DNA of 37,267 nucleotides from a virus. Its lineage: Duplodnaviria > Caudoviricetes. The notes beneath the pieces were generated by a model. That model was not told where the DNA came from. It saw only the letters and a program-made list of their open reading frames with translations, and did not search any database. Each line of letters opens with the position of its first letter. Positions within the stretch are counted from its first letter, which is position 1. Position numbers and translations under genes: made by a program. Of the stretch, positions 24,931 through 34,603 are shown one piece after another. The DNA lies in the IMG/VR virus record IMGVR_UViG_3300048577_000041, positions 1-37,267 of that record; one strand, 5' to 3'.

Positions 24931-26641
24931 CGTGACCCTCAAGGTGCTGCTGATGGGCGAGGACAAGACCGCCTCGAAAGCCATTCAGGGTGTCGGCGAG
25001 TCGGCGGAGGAGACGGGCCGGAAGACGTCCCGTGCCGGGGCGGTGATGAAGGGCGCCCTGTCGGCCGAGGTGGTGACCCGTCTGGCGGATGCGGTGGTCG
25101 ACTTCGGGAAGGAGTCGGTCGAGGCTTACCGGGATGCTGCCGCCTCCCAGCGCCAGCTGGACGACGCCTACAAGCGATTCCCTGCGCTGGCGGATGTTTC
25201 GATCGACCGGCTGCGGAAACAGGCTGCGGCGATCGAGGCCAAGACGGGGGCGGACGCCGACGACATCGCGTCCGGCCAGGCGGTGCTGGCCCGCTACAAG
25301 ATGACCGGCAAGCAGCTGCAGGAGATGACGCCGCTGCTGGTCGACTATGCGAAGCGGACCGGCAAGGAAATCCCGGCTGCGGCTGGGGTGCTCGGCAAGG
25401 GCATCATGGGCAGCAGCCGGGCCATGAAAGAGCTGGGCATCAAGTTCAAGGACACCGGCGACCCGGCGAAGAACCTTGAGCTGATCATGGACGGGCTGCG
25501 GGACAAGGTAGGCGGGTTCGCCGAGTCGGAGGCGTCCACGCTGGACGGCAAGCTCGGCATCCTTCAGACCCGGTTCGGGAACGTGCAGGAGGAGATCGGC
25601 GAGAAGCTGCTGCCGATGCTCATTCAGGGCGCTGAATGGCTGGGCAAGCTGGTCGACTGGGTCGGCCAGAACACCGCCACACTTGGCCCGCTCGCCACCG
25701 GTCTGGGCATCGCCGCCGCGGCTTTCATGGCCCTGAATCTGGTCATGGCAGCCAACCCGATCGGGCTAATCGTGATCGCCATCGGAGCGCTCGTGGGTGG
25801 CCTGATCTGGGCCTACCAGAACGTCTCCTGGTTCAGGGACGGGGTCGACGCAGCATTCCAGGCGATCGGCGCCGTCGGTCGGTGGCTGTGGAACAACGCC
25901 CTCGCCCCCGCGCTGCGCGGGATCGTGCAGGGCTTCGCATGGGTGATCGACGGGATCGGCAACATGCTGATCGCGCTCGGATCGGTGCCCGGCTTCGAAT
26001 GGGCACGGCAAGCCGGCCACGACCTCAAGGGTCTCGCCGTCGACGCGCGCGCGGCCGCGACCGGCATCAAGGACATTCCCGACCCGGACGTGCAAACCCA
26101 GGACAGCCTGAAGCAGATCGACACCCTAAACACCAAGATCCAGGGCATCAAAGGCAAGATCGTCGAGGCTAAAGCCAAGGGCGACGACAAAGAGGTCGAC
26201 CGGCTCCAGGGCAAGCTGAAAGCGCTACGCGACAAGAAGCTGAAGGTCGAGGCGAACGTCAAGAAGACGGGCGTCACCACCATCAAGCCGGTCGACACCG
26301 GGCACGGCATCAAGATCTCCGCCTACGCGAAGGGTGGCCGTCCCACGGTGGGCGAGCTGGCCTACTTCCACGCCGACGAGCTGTGGGTGCCCGATACCGC
26401 CGGCACCGTCCTGACCCGCAGCCAGTCCCGGAACGTGCTCAACTCCCTCACCGGCCCGGCCCCGCTCACCGCCACCACTGTCGTCCAGCAGGTCAAGACC
26501 GAGAAGACCCCCGCCCGGCCCATCGACTACGAGGCGATGGCGGCAGCACTCGCGGATGTCCTGTCGGCGCGCGGACTGTCGTGGCTGCTCGTCGCTGACC
26601 GGGTCTCTGGCATCAAGGCCCTCGCTGAGGAGATGGCATGA
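24920..26641 (+). CDS. tape measure protein
   Basis: Ala/Gly-rich helical protein with ANPIGLIVIAIGALV..YQN..WFRD and a C-terminal YAKGG..ELWVP. Confidence 0.9.
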   Translation: MADDVTLKVLLMGEDKTASKAIQGVGESAEETGRKTSRAGAVMKGALSAEVVTRLADAVVDFGKESVEAYRDAAASQRQLDDAYKRFPALADVSIDRLRKQAAAIEAKTGADADDIASGQAVLARYKMTGKQLQEMTPLLVDYAKRTGKEIPAAAGVLGKGIMGSSRAMKELGIKFKDTGDPAKNLELIMDGLRDKVGGFAESEASTLDGKLGILQTRFGNVQEEIGEKLLPMLIQGAEWLGKLVDWVGQNTATLGPLATGLGIAAAAFMALNLVMAANPIGLIVIAIGALVGGLIWAYQNVSWFRDGVDAAFQAIGAVGRWLWNNALAPALRGIVQGFAWVIDGIGNMLIALGSVPGFEWARQAGHDLKGLAVDARAAATGIKDIPDPDVQTQDSLKQIDTLNTKIQGIKGKIVEAKAKGDDKEVDRLQGKLKALRDKKLKVEANVKKTGVTTIKPVDTGHGIKISAYAKGGRPTVGELAYFHADELWVPDTAGTVLTRSQSRNVLNSLTGPAPLTATTVVQQVKTEKTPARPIDYEAMAAALADVLSARGLSWLLVADRVSGIKALAEEMA

Positions 26642-28533
26642 GTATCGCCATGGTCGGCCACGGCGACATCGTCTACACCGCCGACGGCGGGCTGGCGGTC
26701 GCGTGGCCCTCCGGCACCGCGGCCGGCCATACCGGGATCGTGGTGACGGCGACGAGCGGCGGTAGGAAGCCGGCCACGTCCCTGCCGGGCGGCTGGACGC
26801 TGCTCCGGTCGAACTCGCAGGGCGAGGCGGTCTGGGGCAAGACCCCACTGACGGCGGCCGACATCGCCGAAGACCTTGACCTCAACGCGGTCATCTCCGG
26901 CCTGTTTGTGCTGTCGGGTGTGGTCGCGTTCGGGGCCACGTCGGCGTCGAAGGGTGTGACTCTGGCGGGCGTCGCGGATGCGATGGTCACCTTCGGCCGG
27001 AAGGACGGCGCCTCTCCCGCATTGACCCCGCCCGCGGGTCGGGTCTTCAACGCTGATGCGATCAACGACAAATTCTCCAGCTACAAGAAGGGCAAGAAGA
27101 AGCTGTGGCGGCAGCGGCGCTACAACGCGTGGCTGACTGTGCCCGCCGCGTCCGGGTTCGTGTCGATCGCGACGAACGCCGCGTCGGTGATGTCGGTGGC
27201 CCTGCTGGGGTCGGTGACCGGAGCCACCACCGGTGTGGCGATGACCCCGACGACCCTGGCGCCGGCCGACGATTCGACGATCGCCGTGGGCGGCCCGTAC
27301 GGCTTCGAGTGGGCGCTGCCCACAGCATTCAAGACTGGCTGGCTGATTCGGCAGATCCAACTCCGGGTAGCGGGGGGCTCGTGGGGGTCGGTCGCGTCCG
27401 GGGTGTGGTATCCGGCGGATTCGACCAAGACCGAGCCTTCCAGCTTCACCGGCTCCCAGACGTCCACCCGGCTGACGACAGGCCTGTCGGCGGGCAGCAC
27501 GTACGAGTGGCGGGTCCGCTGCCAGTATGCCCAGTCGGTGTGGTCGGAGTGGTCGGCGATCTCGCAGTTTGCGGTGGTCGCCCCGCCGGTGGTCGGGTCG
27601 GTGGCGATGTCGTCGGCGCTGCGACCGGTGGTGTCGTGGACCCTGTCGTCGGGCACGCAGGCCTACTACCAGGTGACGGTGATCGACTCGGCCGGCACGG
27701 TGGTGTGGGATTCGGGTCTGGTCGCCTCCACCGCCGGGTCGGTGACGGCGCCGGCGCAGGACTGGACGAACGGGGGCGCATACCGGGCGACAGTGCAGGT
27801 CACGTCGGCGGCCGGGATGGTGTCGCCCACGGTCACGTCGTCGGCTGCCACGATCTCGTGGACCCCGCCCGCCGCACCCACCACGGTGACGGTGCAGCAG
27901 GGCACACCCCTGTCACTGCTGGTGGCCGGGCTGACCGCGGTGCACAGCCATGTCCGGGTGTCGTGGACCGCGCACGGCGAGGACTACCAGGTGACCGTCC
28001 CGGCCGCAGTCGGCACCGTCACCGTGCCCCTGCCGCTCGCCCCGTACGGCGCCTGCACCTACACGGTGGACGCGTCGAAACTTCAGGACGAAGTGCAGCT
28101 GTGGTCAACCGCCAAGACCGCCCCCGGTACGAACACCGACACCAGCCCCTATCTGGTCTCAGATGACCTGACGGGCTGGCTGAAGGTCGACATGGAGATC
28201 CCGTCCGAGCCTGCCGACTCGGAGAGCATCCTGACCTCCTACCCGCTTGGCGCCACGCGCCCGGTCACCCTCCGCACACCGTCGGCCGGCCTGTCCGGGA
28301 CGGACGTCTTCTACGTGGCCACGCAGGCCGCTAAGGACACGCTACTGGCGTGGCTGGGCGACCATCCGGTCTTCTACTTCCGACGGCTCCCGGAGCGCAG
28401 CGAGGGGGTCACGACCGACACCCCAGCCCTGCACGTGTCCCGCACCTCCCCACGGTCCGAGGCCCGCCTCGACGGCATGAAGGAAGCGGACCTTCAGATG
28501 CGCACCGTGCCGGTGTCGTGGGTGGAGATCTGA
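26638..28533 (+). CDS. minor tail protein with fibronectin-III/Ig-like domains
   Basis: L.AGSTYEWRVR...WSEWS; beta-rich; follows the tape measure gene. Confidence 0.75.
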   Translation: MSIAMVGHGDIVYTADGGLAVAWPSGTAAGHTGIVVTATSGGRKPATSLPGGWTLLRSNSQGEAVWGKTPLTAADIAEDLDLNAVISGLFVLSGVVAFGATSASKGVTLAGVADAMVTFGRKDGASPALTPPAGRVFNADAINDKFSSYKKGKKKLWRQRRYNAWLTVPAASGFVSIATNAASVMSVALLGSVTGATTGVAMTPTTLAPADDSTIAVGGPYGFEWALPTAFKTGWLIRQIQLRVAGGSWGSVASGVWYPADSTKTEPSSFTGSQTSTRLTTGLSAGSTYEWRVRCQYAQSVWSEWSAISQFAVVAPPVVGSVAMSSALRPVVSWTLSSGTQAYYQVTVIDSAGTVVWDSGLVASTAGSVTAPAQDWTNGGAYRATVQVTSAAGMVSPTVTSSAATISWTPPAAPTTVTVQQGTPLSLLVAGLTAVHSHVRVSWTAHGEDYQVTVPAAVGTVTVPLPLAPYGACTYTVDASKLQDEVQLWSTAKTAPGTNTDTSPYLVSDDLTGWLKVDMEIPSEPADSESILTSYPLGATRPVTLRTPSAGLSGTDVFYVATQAAKDTLLAWLGDHPVFYFRRLPERSEGVTTDTPALHVSRTSPRSEARLDGMKEADLQMRTVPVSWVEI

Positions 28534-29666
28534 TGGACACCCTGGACATCGACTGGGAGACGCTGGAGTCGATGCCGGAGTGGGCAGCTCAGGTGGCGGC
28601 CCGGGACCGGTCGGTCGCGGTCCGGGTCGAGGTGATCGATCCGGCCGGGGTCGCGCTGGGTGATGCGGCGGTCGAGTCGGGCACGGTGACGATGACCGGC
28701 GGCGGGTCGGAGATGTGGGTGGCGTCCCTGTCGGGGTCCGATCCGGACTGGCTGCCGATGGACTACACCGACGCCCTGGACGCCCGGTCGGGTAACCGGG
28801 TGCGGGTCTGGTGGCAGGAGCATCTGCCTGCTCTGGGTGGGTGGGGTGAGGTGCCGGTGATGACCGGATGGCCGCACAACCCTGATGTGACCGACGATGG
28901 CCAGGTCGCCTGGCAGGTGACTGTCAGGGATTCGCTGCTGGAGGCCAAGCGGGGCGGGTACGGCGGGGCGACGGTCGAGTTGGGTGGCAAGACCGTCCCG
29001 GACGCGCTTGACGCCCTGTTCGCTGTCGTCGCCCCCCAACTCGAGCGGGCCTTTCCTGCGTCGTCGGTGGTGCTGCCGGATGTGTACACGCTCGGCCAGA
29101 ACGCTCCGGATGAGGACTGGCAGGCGATCGCCGCGCTGGCGGGCTGGCAGGTGTGGTCGGACCGTGAGGGTGTGATCACCGCCGGGCCGCTGACCGCGTC
29201 GACGACGGTGGACTGGTCGGAGGGTGACGGCTGCCGGCTCACTGAGCTTCGTAAGGACACGAAGACGACGGACATCATCAACCGGGTGGTGGTGGTGTCC
29301 ACCAACTCTTCGGTGTCGCCGACGATCACGGCGGTCGCTGACGATTCCGATCCTGCTTCGCCGACCTATGTGGGGGATCACGGGCCGTGGGAGCTGCGGG
29401 TCGAGTCGGATGCGGTCGCGACCCAGGAGGCGGCCGACAATCTCGCCCAGACGACGTTGGAGGCTGGGCTGCGTCCGGTGGTGGAGGTGACCGGGAAGTG
29501 CACGCCCCGCCCCGATTTGGGCTGGGGGGATGTGCTGCTGCTGCAGCGGGACCGGATCGGGATTTTCGGCCCGCACACCCTGACCGGTTTCCGGCTGTCC
29601 CTGCCGCGTCCCGCTTCTGGCCCTGAGCTGATGGAGGTGTCGATGTCCCCGGTGGTGAGTGTCTGA
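28533..29666 (+). CDS. minor tail / baseplate hub protein
   Basis: TGATG coupling, IINRVVV, D.DPASPTY and P.PDL..GDV. Confidence 0.75.
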   Translation: MDTLDIDWETLESMPEWAAQVAARDRSVAVRVEVIDPAGVALGDAAVESGTVTMTGGGSEMWVASLSGSDPDWLPMDYTDALDARSGNRVRVWWQEHLPALGGWGEVPVMTGWPHNPDVTDDGQVAWQVTVRDSLLEAKRGGYGGATVELGGKTVPDALDALFAVVAPQLERAFPASSVVLPDVYTLGQNAPDEDWQAIAALAGWQVWSDREGVITAGPLTASTTVDWSEGDGCRLTELRKDTKTTDIINRVVVVSTNSSVSPTITAVADDSDPASPTYVGDHGPWELRVESDAVATQEAADNLAQTTLEAGLRPVVEVTGKCTPRPDLGWGDVLLLQRDRIGIFGPHTLTGFRLSLPRPASGPELMEVSMSPVVSV

Positions 29667-31924
29667 TGGGTGAGACGGCACGCGCGGCAGCGAAGGCGAA
29701 GGCGGCGGCGAGGGCTGCGAAGGCGGCGTCGTACTGGACGGGTGTCGTGACGAAGGTGTCTGGCACGACCCGATGCCGGGTCGCGTACGGCGACAAGGAG
29801 GTGCCGTGTGTGGTGCCGGAGTCGCTGCTGGTGTCGGTGGACGACGAGGTGCAGATCCGGGTCCGCGGCAACGACTACACGGTGGGCGCGGTGTTGGCTG
29901 GCGAGAAGCAGGCCGCATGGGTAGCGGAGACGGCGTCCGATGCGGCCGAGGCGGCTGCGGCGGTGAATACCTTCGCGCACGACCTTGAGGTCACGATGGA
30001 CGCGAAGTGGGATGAGGCGAACGCGCTGGCCGCCAGTGCCAGCGCGAACGCGAGCGCGGCGCTGACGGCGGCGAACGGCAAGGGCCGCAATCTCCACGCC
30101 ACCAGTTCCGACATCAACAGCTACGCCCCCTTCGGCGAGTTCGATGTTTGGTGGGACTACACCGACGCCAGCAAGGTGGTGTTGAAGCGCCGCTCAGGCT
30201 CGTCGTGGGTGATCGAGTCTCTTGGTCCGGACTCGATCGCTACTGGTGCGATCACGTCGGCGAAGATCGCCACCGGTGCAGTCCTGACCGCTGCGATCGC
30301 GGACGCCGCAGTCGATACCGCCGAACTGAAGGACAGTGCGGTCTCGCAGGTGAAGATCGCGAATCTGGCGGTGGGTACCGCGAAGATCGCGGATGCGGCG
30401 GTCGTGCAGGCGAAGATCGGCAGTCTGGCTGTGGGGACCGCACAGATTGCGGATGCGGCGATCGTGTCGGCGAAGATCGGTGACGCGCAGGTCGTCAACG
30501 CGAAGATCGCCGATGCCACAATCCAGAACGCGAAGATCGCCACGCTGGACGCAGCAAAGATCACGACCGGCACACTCAGCGCGGACCGGATCGCCTCCAA
30601 CTCGATCGTCGCGTCAAAGGTGCTGATTGGCGCGTTCGACAACTTGTTTGCCAACGGCGGCTGCGAAGTTGGCAGCATCTCACCGAACGTGAGTAATGCG
30701 CCCACCTACTTCACGGTGGCACCATCAACCGCACAAGTTCGAAGCGGGAGCTACTCATTCGGCGTGACGGAAATCCTGGCTCCGTCCGGATCGCAGGCAT
30801 TCTTGGTATTGAACGGCCAACCCGTTGCGCCGGATCTCCACATTCCGTGCGTCTCTGGCGAGAAGTTCTACGCCGAGTGCTACATCAAGGCCGGGTCCGG
30901 CACTCAGCCCGTGATCGGATTGAACTACGGATTCCGGAACGCTGCGGGCGCCTTGATTTCGTCGGGCTCGGGGACTGCCGCCGCGCCGGTCACTACGGCG
31001 TGGACTAAGTATTCGATGACTGTGACGGCGCCAGCAGGTGCAAGCTACCTGTACTTCTATCTGGCGAATAGCAGTGGAGGCGTGGGTGCGACCGGCTCAG
31101 TCTTCTACGTGGACGACTTCTACTGCCGGAAGATGCTGACCGGCGACTTGATCGTGGACGGGGCTATCACCGCCGACAAGCTCAACGCAAACGCCATCAA
31201 CGGCATGACTATCACGGGCATGACAATCAACAGCAGTACGGTGAACACGACCGGCACCCACGGAAAGGTCACCATCGCAGACGGATGGGTCCACGCAGAA
31301 CCGAACCCCTACACCGACCGGGCCGCGAACTTCACCTACGACGGCCTAGAGGTAGCCGACTACAGCGGCGACTATGCCGACCACGTCGAGACACTGGTCC
31401 ATCCCGGCCTGATCACGGTCGGTGACGCCGAGACCCTGCAAAACTCGCGCCTCGACCGGATCGGGCTCACCGTGTACGCGGCACCGACGACGACATCCAC
31501 AGTGGGTGCCGCATGGTCCGGCCCGGACACGGACGGCTACTACCGGGTGCGCCGCCAGTCATCCCTGCGCCGCCTCAAAGTCGCCGCCGAAGACCTAATC
31601 GCCGACCCGCAAGCGCTGCTCCAACTCCGCCCCCGCACATGGTTCGACCGGGAGGAAGTCGAAACGGCCGGGCTCGACCCGGCCACTGCAACCGCCGACC
31701 AGTGCCTCGCCGTCGGACTGCGCCGATACCCCGGCTTCATCGCCGAAGAGGTCGAGGCCATCGACCCAACCTTCTGCACCTACGACCTGGCCGAACTGCA
31801 AGGTGTGGCCTACGACCGGCTCGCCGCAGGGCTGCTGATCATCGCCCGCGAGCAGCAGGCCCAGATCGACACCCTCACCTCACGCCTCGAGGCGATCGAG
31901 GCCCGACTTGGGGAGGTCGCCTGA
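29666..31924 (+). CDS. tail fibre / host-specificity protein with carbohydrate-binding-like module and C-terminal S74-like chaperone
   Basis: AKIAD repeats, a NLFANGG...YVDDF module, and SSLRRLK...LRPRTW...GFIAEEV...VAYDRL followed by a coiled coil. Confidence 0.82.
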   Translation: MGETARAAAKAKAAARAAKAASYWTGVVTKVSGTTRCRVAYGDKEVPCVVPESLLVSVDDEVQIRVRGNDYTVGAVLAGEKQAAWVAETASDAAEAAAAVNTFAHDLEVTMDAKWDEANALAASASANASAALTAANGKGRNLHATSSDINSYAPFGEFDVWWDYTDASKVVLKRRSGSSWVIESLGPDSIATGAITSAKIATGAVLTAAIADAAVDTAELKDSAVSQVKIANLAVGTAKIADAAVVQAKIGSLAVGTAQIADAAIVSAKIGDAQVVNAKIADATIQNAKIATLDAAKITTGTLSADRIASNSIVASKVLIGAFDNLFANGGCEVGSISPNVSNAPTYFTVAPSTAQVRSGSYSFGVTEILAPSGSQAFLVLNGQPVAPDLHIPCVSGEKFYAECYIKAGSGTQPVIGLNYGFRNAAGALISSGSGTAAAPVTTAWTKYSMTVTAPAGASYLYFYLANSSGGVGATGSVFYVDDFYCRKMLTGDLIVDGAITADKLNANAINGMTITGMTINSSTVNTTGTHGKVTIADGWVHAEPNPYTDRAANFTYDGLEVADYSGDYADHVETLVHPGLITVGDAETLQNSRLDRIGLTVYAAPTTTSTVGAAWSGPDTDGYYRVRRQSSLRRLKVAAEDLIADPQALLQLRPRTWFDREEVETAGLDPATATADQCLAVGLRRYPGFIAEEVEAIDPTFCTYDLAELQGVAYDRLAAGLLIIAREQQAQIDTLTSRLEAIEARLGEVA

Positions 31925-32373
31925 TGTCGGAGCCGGTCGTGCTGCAGATCATCACCCAGCTCGGCACGATCATCGCCGCGATCGTCGCCGCCGTGTCTGC
32001 CCGGTCCGGGCTGAAGAAGGCCAAGGAGGCGCACTCGGAAGCGCGGTCCGCCGCCGCTGGAGTCAGGGTGGTGAAGGCCGAGACGGAGGCGAATCGCGGC
32101 TCGTCGATGCGGGACGCGATCGACCGGATCGAAGCCAATCAGCAGTCTGAGCAGAAGGCGCGGGAGCGGCTGGAAACGACCGTCGACGGGGTGGCTTCCG
32201 ATGTGCGCGGGCTACGATGCGACATCGGCCGGCTGCAGGACGCCGACACCACCCTCCGCGAGGACTTCGCCAAGCACGCCGGCGAAGTCCCGCAGGTGGT
32301 CAAGACATCACTGTCGGAGGCCCGAAAGGTAGCGGAGGCGCTGCTGTCCGACCATGAGCGCCGACACCACTAG
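31924..32373 (+). CDS. membrane protein with coiled coil (lysis-region)
   Basis: N-terminal TM segment and NRGSSMRDAIDRIE. Confidence 0.7.
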   Translation: MSEPVVLQIITQLGTIIAAIVAAVSARSGLKKAKEAHSEARSAAAGVRVVKAETEANRGSSMRDAIDRIEANQQSEQKARERLETTVDGVASDVRGLRCDIGRLQDADTTLREDFAKHAGEVPQVVKTSLSEARKVAEALLSDHERRHH

Positions 32374-32451
32374 ACCCCCCGCCCTTACTTCCCTTACCTC
32401 AAGCCCCGGACCGTCACGGCCGGGGCGTTCGCATGCAGACAGGAGATCCCG

Positions 32452-32592
32452 ATGGCTGATGACGACCGTGCGCTCGACCAGGACTTGGGCGAGCAGGACT
32501 CCCCGGATCCGGGCGACCCGGCCGGGGTGGCCGAGGTGGACACCGGCTGGGAGCCGACCACCGACGACGAGATGGAGGACGACCATGCCTGA
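32452..32592 (+). CDS. small acidic protein (46 aa, not in ORF track)
   Basis: AGGAG RBS. MADDDRALDQDLGEQDSPDPGD...EMEDDHA overlaps the endolysin start. Confidence 0.55.
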   Translation: MADDDRALDQDLGEQDSPDPGDPAGVAEVDTGWEPTTDDEMEDDHA

Positions 32593-33709
32593 GCAGACCC
32601 TCTACACGGCCGCTCAGTACGCGGCCCTCGCGGACGCTCAGGTCGGCAAGCCGTACGTGCTCGGCGCGGACGGGCCGTCGGCCTTCGACTGCTCCGGGCT
32701 GGTGCTGTGGCTCAACCGGCTCTCAAGTGCGTGGGTGCAGCCGGACATGACTGCTGCCGGCATCTACGGACACACCAAGGCCGTGACCGGGACGCCCGCG
32801 GTCGGGGATCTGGTCTTCCTGCGCAACAACCCTGCTCGCGCGAACGGCATCGGCCACGTCGCCGTCCTGACGAAGAAGCTCAGCAACGGTGACTGGCGGA
32901 TCATCGAGGCGCGCGGCCGCGCGTCCGGCGTCGTCCGCACGACCCTGTCGTACTGGAAGACCCGGAAGTACTACACGGGCGTCCGGCGGCTGCCCGCCTT
33001 CCGGCTGGCCACCAGCACGCCAACCCCGGTCCCGTCCAAGGTCACCGGCGTCAACGTCGCCACCTACAACTGCCTGGACACGCGATTCGGCGGCAAGACC
33101 TCCGACGACGTGGCGATCCTGCGCAAGGCCGCGGCCAGCGTCTACCTGCTGACCGAGTGCCCGGAGAAGGTCCGGACGGCGATCCGCAAGGGACTCGGCG
33201 GGCTGGCGGACTGGCTGGTTTGGACCCGCGACGACACGAAGCCGCAGGCGATCGCGTTCCGCAAGGCCAAGTGGCAGCACGGCGCCGAGCCCAGCAGGGT
33301 CACCTTCGGGCCGACCTCGTACCACGGCGGGGTGATCGCCCAGCTCACCGACAGGGTCGCCGGGAATCCGGTCCAGTACGGGTCGCTGCACCTGCCGCCC
33401 CGCGTCGTCGCGTCCGAGGCGAAGCGCAAGTCCGCGCTCGGCGACTTCATCGACCACCTGGACCGTGACCTGCCGACCATCATCGGCGGCGACTTCAACT
33501 CCACCGCTGCCGGCGGATGGCTGCGCTCTGCCGGCTTCACCGTCCTCGCCACCGGCAGCACCACCGACGCGGGCAAGCGGTACGACTACCTCGCGGCGCG
33601 CGGCGACATCGGCTGGCTCGGAGACGGGACCGTGCTCAACCCCGGCTCTGCGTCTGACCACCGACTCGTCAAGGGCAAGGCCCGCACCACCACCATCCCC
33701 ACCACCTGA
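32585..33709 (+). CDS. endolysin: NlpC/P60 peptidase fused to EEP (endonuclease/exonuclease/phosphatase) domain
   Basis: GKPYVLGA.GP.AFDCSGL...GDLVF...GHV...IIEA, then a PTP linker, then VATYN...E...IIGGDFN...YDYL...SDH. Confidence 0.85.
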   Translation: MPEQTLYTAAQYAALADAQVGKPYVLGADGPSAFDCSGLVLWLNRLSSAWVQPDMTAAGIYGHTKAVTGTPAVGDLVFLRNNPARANGIGHVAVLTKKLSNGDWRIIEARGRASGVVRTTLSYWKTRKYYTGVRRLPAFRLATSTPTPVPSKVTGVNVATYNCLDTRFGGKTSDDVAILRKAAASVYLLTECPEKVRTAIRKGLGGLADWLVWTRDDTKPQAIAFRKAKWQHGAEPSRVTFGPTSYHGGVIAQLTDRVAGNPVQYGSLHLPPRVVASEAKRKSALGDFIDHLDRDLPTIIGGDFNSTAAGGWLRSAGFTVLATGSTTDAGKRYDYLAARGDIGWLGDGTVLNPGSASDHRLVKGKARTTTIPTT

Positions 33710-33720
33710 TTGGAGCCACC

Positions 33721-34077
33721 ATGACCGACAACCTCCGCAAAGCGCTGTACACCCTCATCTCCGTCGCCGTGCTCGCCCTGACCGCGGCCGGGGTCCTGAC
33801 CCAGCAGCAGGGCGTCGTGTGGGCCAACGTCGGCGTCCTCGCCATCGGGTTCGCCTACGCCGCCTCCCGCGCCCGCAACAATCTGCTGCTCGACGCCAGT
33901 GTGCGCCGCGCCGGCTACGTGCTGCTGCCCGCGATCATCGCCCTCATCGCCGCCTACTGGTCGATCGACGTGGCCCTGTGGACCTCGGTCGCGACCGCCC
34001 TGGTCGGCACCTGGGTCGCGATCTACAACATCGACCCTGCAGAGGTCACCGCCAGCGATGGCGGCACCGACTCCTGA
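33721..34077 (+). CDS. holin
   Basis: Four hydrophobic segments in two internal repeats, RKALY start, and location after the endolysin. Confidence 0.75.
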   Translation: MTDNLRKALYTLISVAVLALTAAGVLTQQQGVVWANVGVLAIGFAYAASRARNNLLLDASVRRAGYVLLPAIIALIAAYWSIDVALWTSVATALVGTWVAIYNIDPAEVTASDGGTDS

Positions 34078-34234
34078 CCGGCTGATGCTGGCCGGTCTGG
34101 TGCAGGCCGAGCACATCCTGCGCGCCCTGCACCAGCACTGGCCGGCCGACGCCTGCCGAGACGCGCACCAGATCCTGACCAGGCTGCATGAGCGGCCACC
34201 CAACCCCGAACTCGATCCGAAGATCAAGGAGTAG
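34058..34234 (+). CDS. hypothetical protein
   Basis: GAGG RBS; fills the gap between holin and the next gene. Confidence 0.4.
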   Translation: MAAPTPDRLMLAGLVQAEHILRALHQHWPADACRDAHQILTRLHERPPNPELDPKIKE

Positions 34235-34240
34235 CACACC

Positions 34241-34588
34241 ATGGCATTCACCAATGCGACCAAAGAGACCGCCGCCCTCGCCGTGACCGGTCTCGGCAAT
34301 TACATCTCTCTCCACACGGCCGATCCGGGCACGACCGGCGCGTCGGAGGTGACCGGCGGCAGCCCGGCATATGCGCGCAAGCAGACCACCTGGGCTGGTG
34401 GCAGCTCTGACGGGTCGGTCGCCGGTGAGCAGGTGACCTTCGACGCCCCGGCCGGCACCTACACCCACATGGGCATCTGGACGGCCGCCAGCGGTGGCAC
34501 CTTCGTGGCCGGCTTCGCCCTGTCCTCGCCGGCCACTCTCGCCGCGCAGGGCCAAGTGCAGGTCACCCCCACCGTCACCGTGTCCTGA
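34241..34588 (+). CDS. small minor tail / fibre-associated protein
   Basis: ISLHTADPGTTGASEVTGGSPAYARK...THMGIW.A.SGGTF is a pattern common in actinophage tails. Confidence 0.8.
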   Translation: MAFTNATKETAALAVTGLGNYISLHTADPGTTGASEVTGGSPAYARKQTTWAGGSSDGSVAGEQVTFDAPAGTYTHMGIWTAASGGTFVAGFALSSPATLAAQGQVQVTPTVTVS

Positions 34589-34603
34589 GAGAGGGGGCCT
34601 GTC

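Noticed and set aside
30230-30620. Repeated GCGAAGATCG motifs
   Set aside because: They encode the AKIAD/AKIG fibre repeats and are not a DNA-level element.
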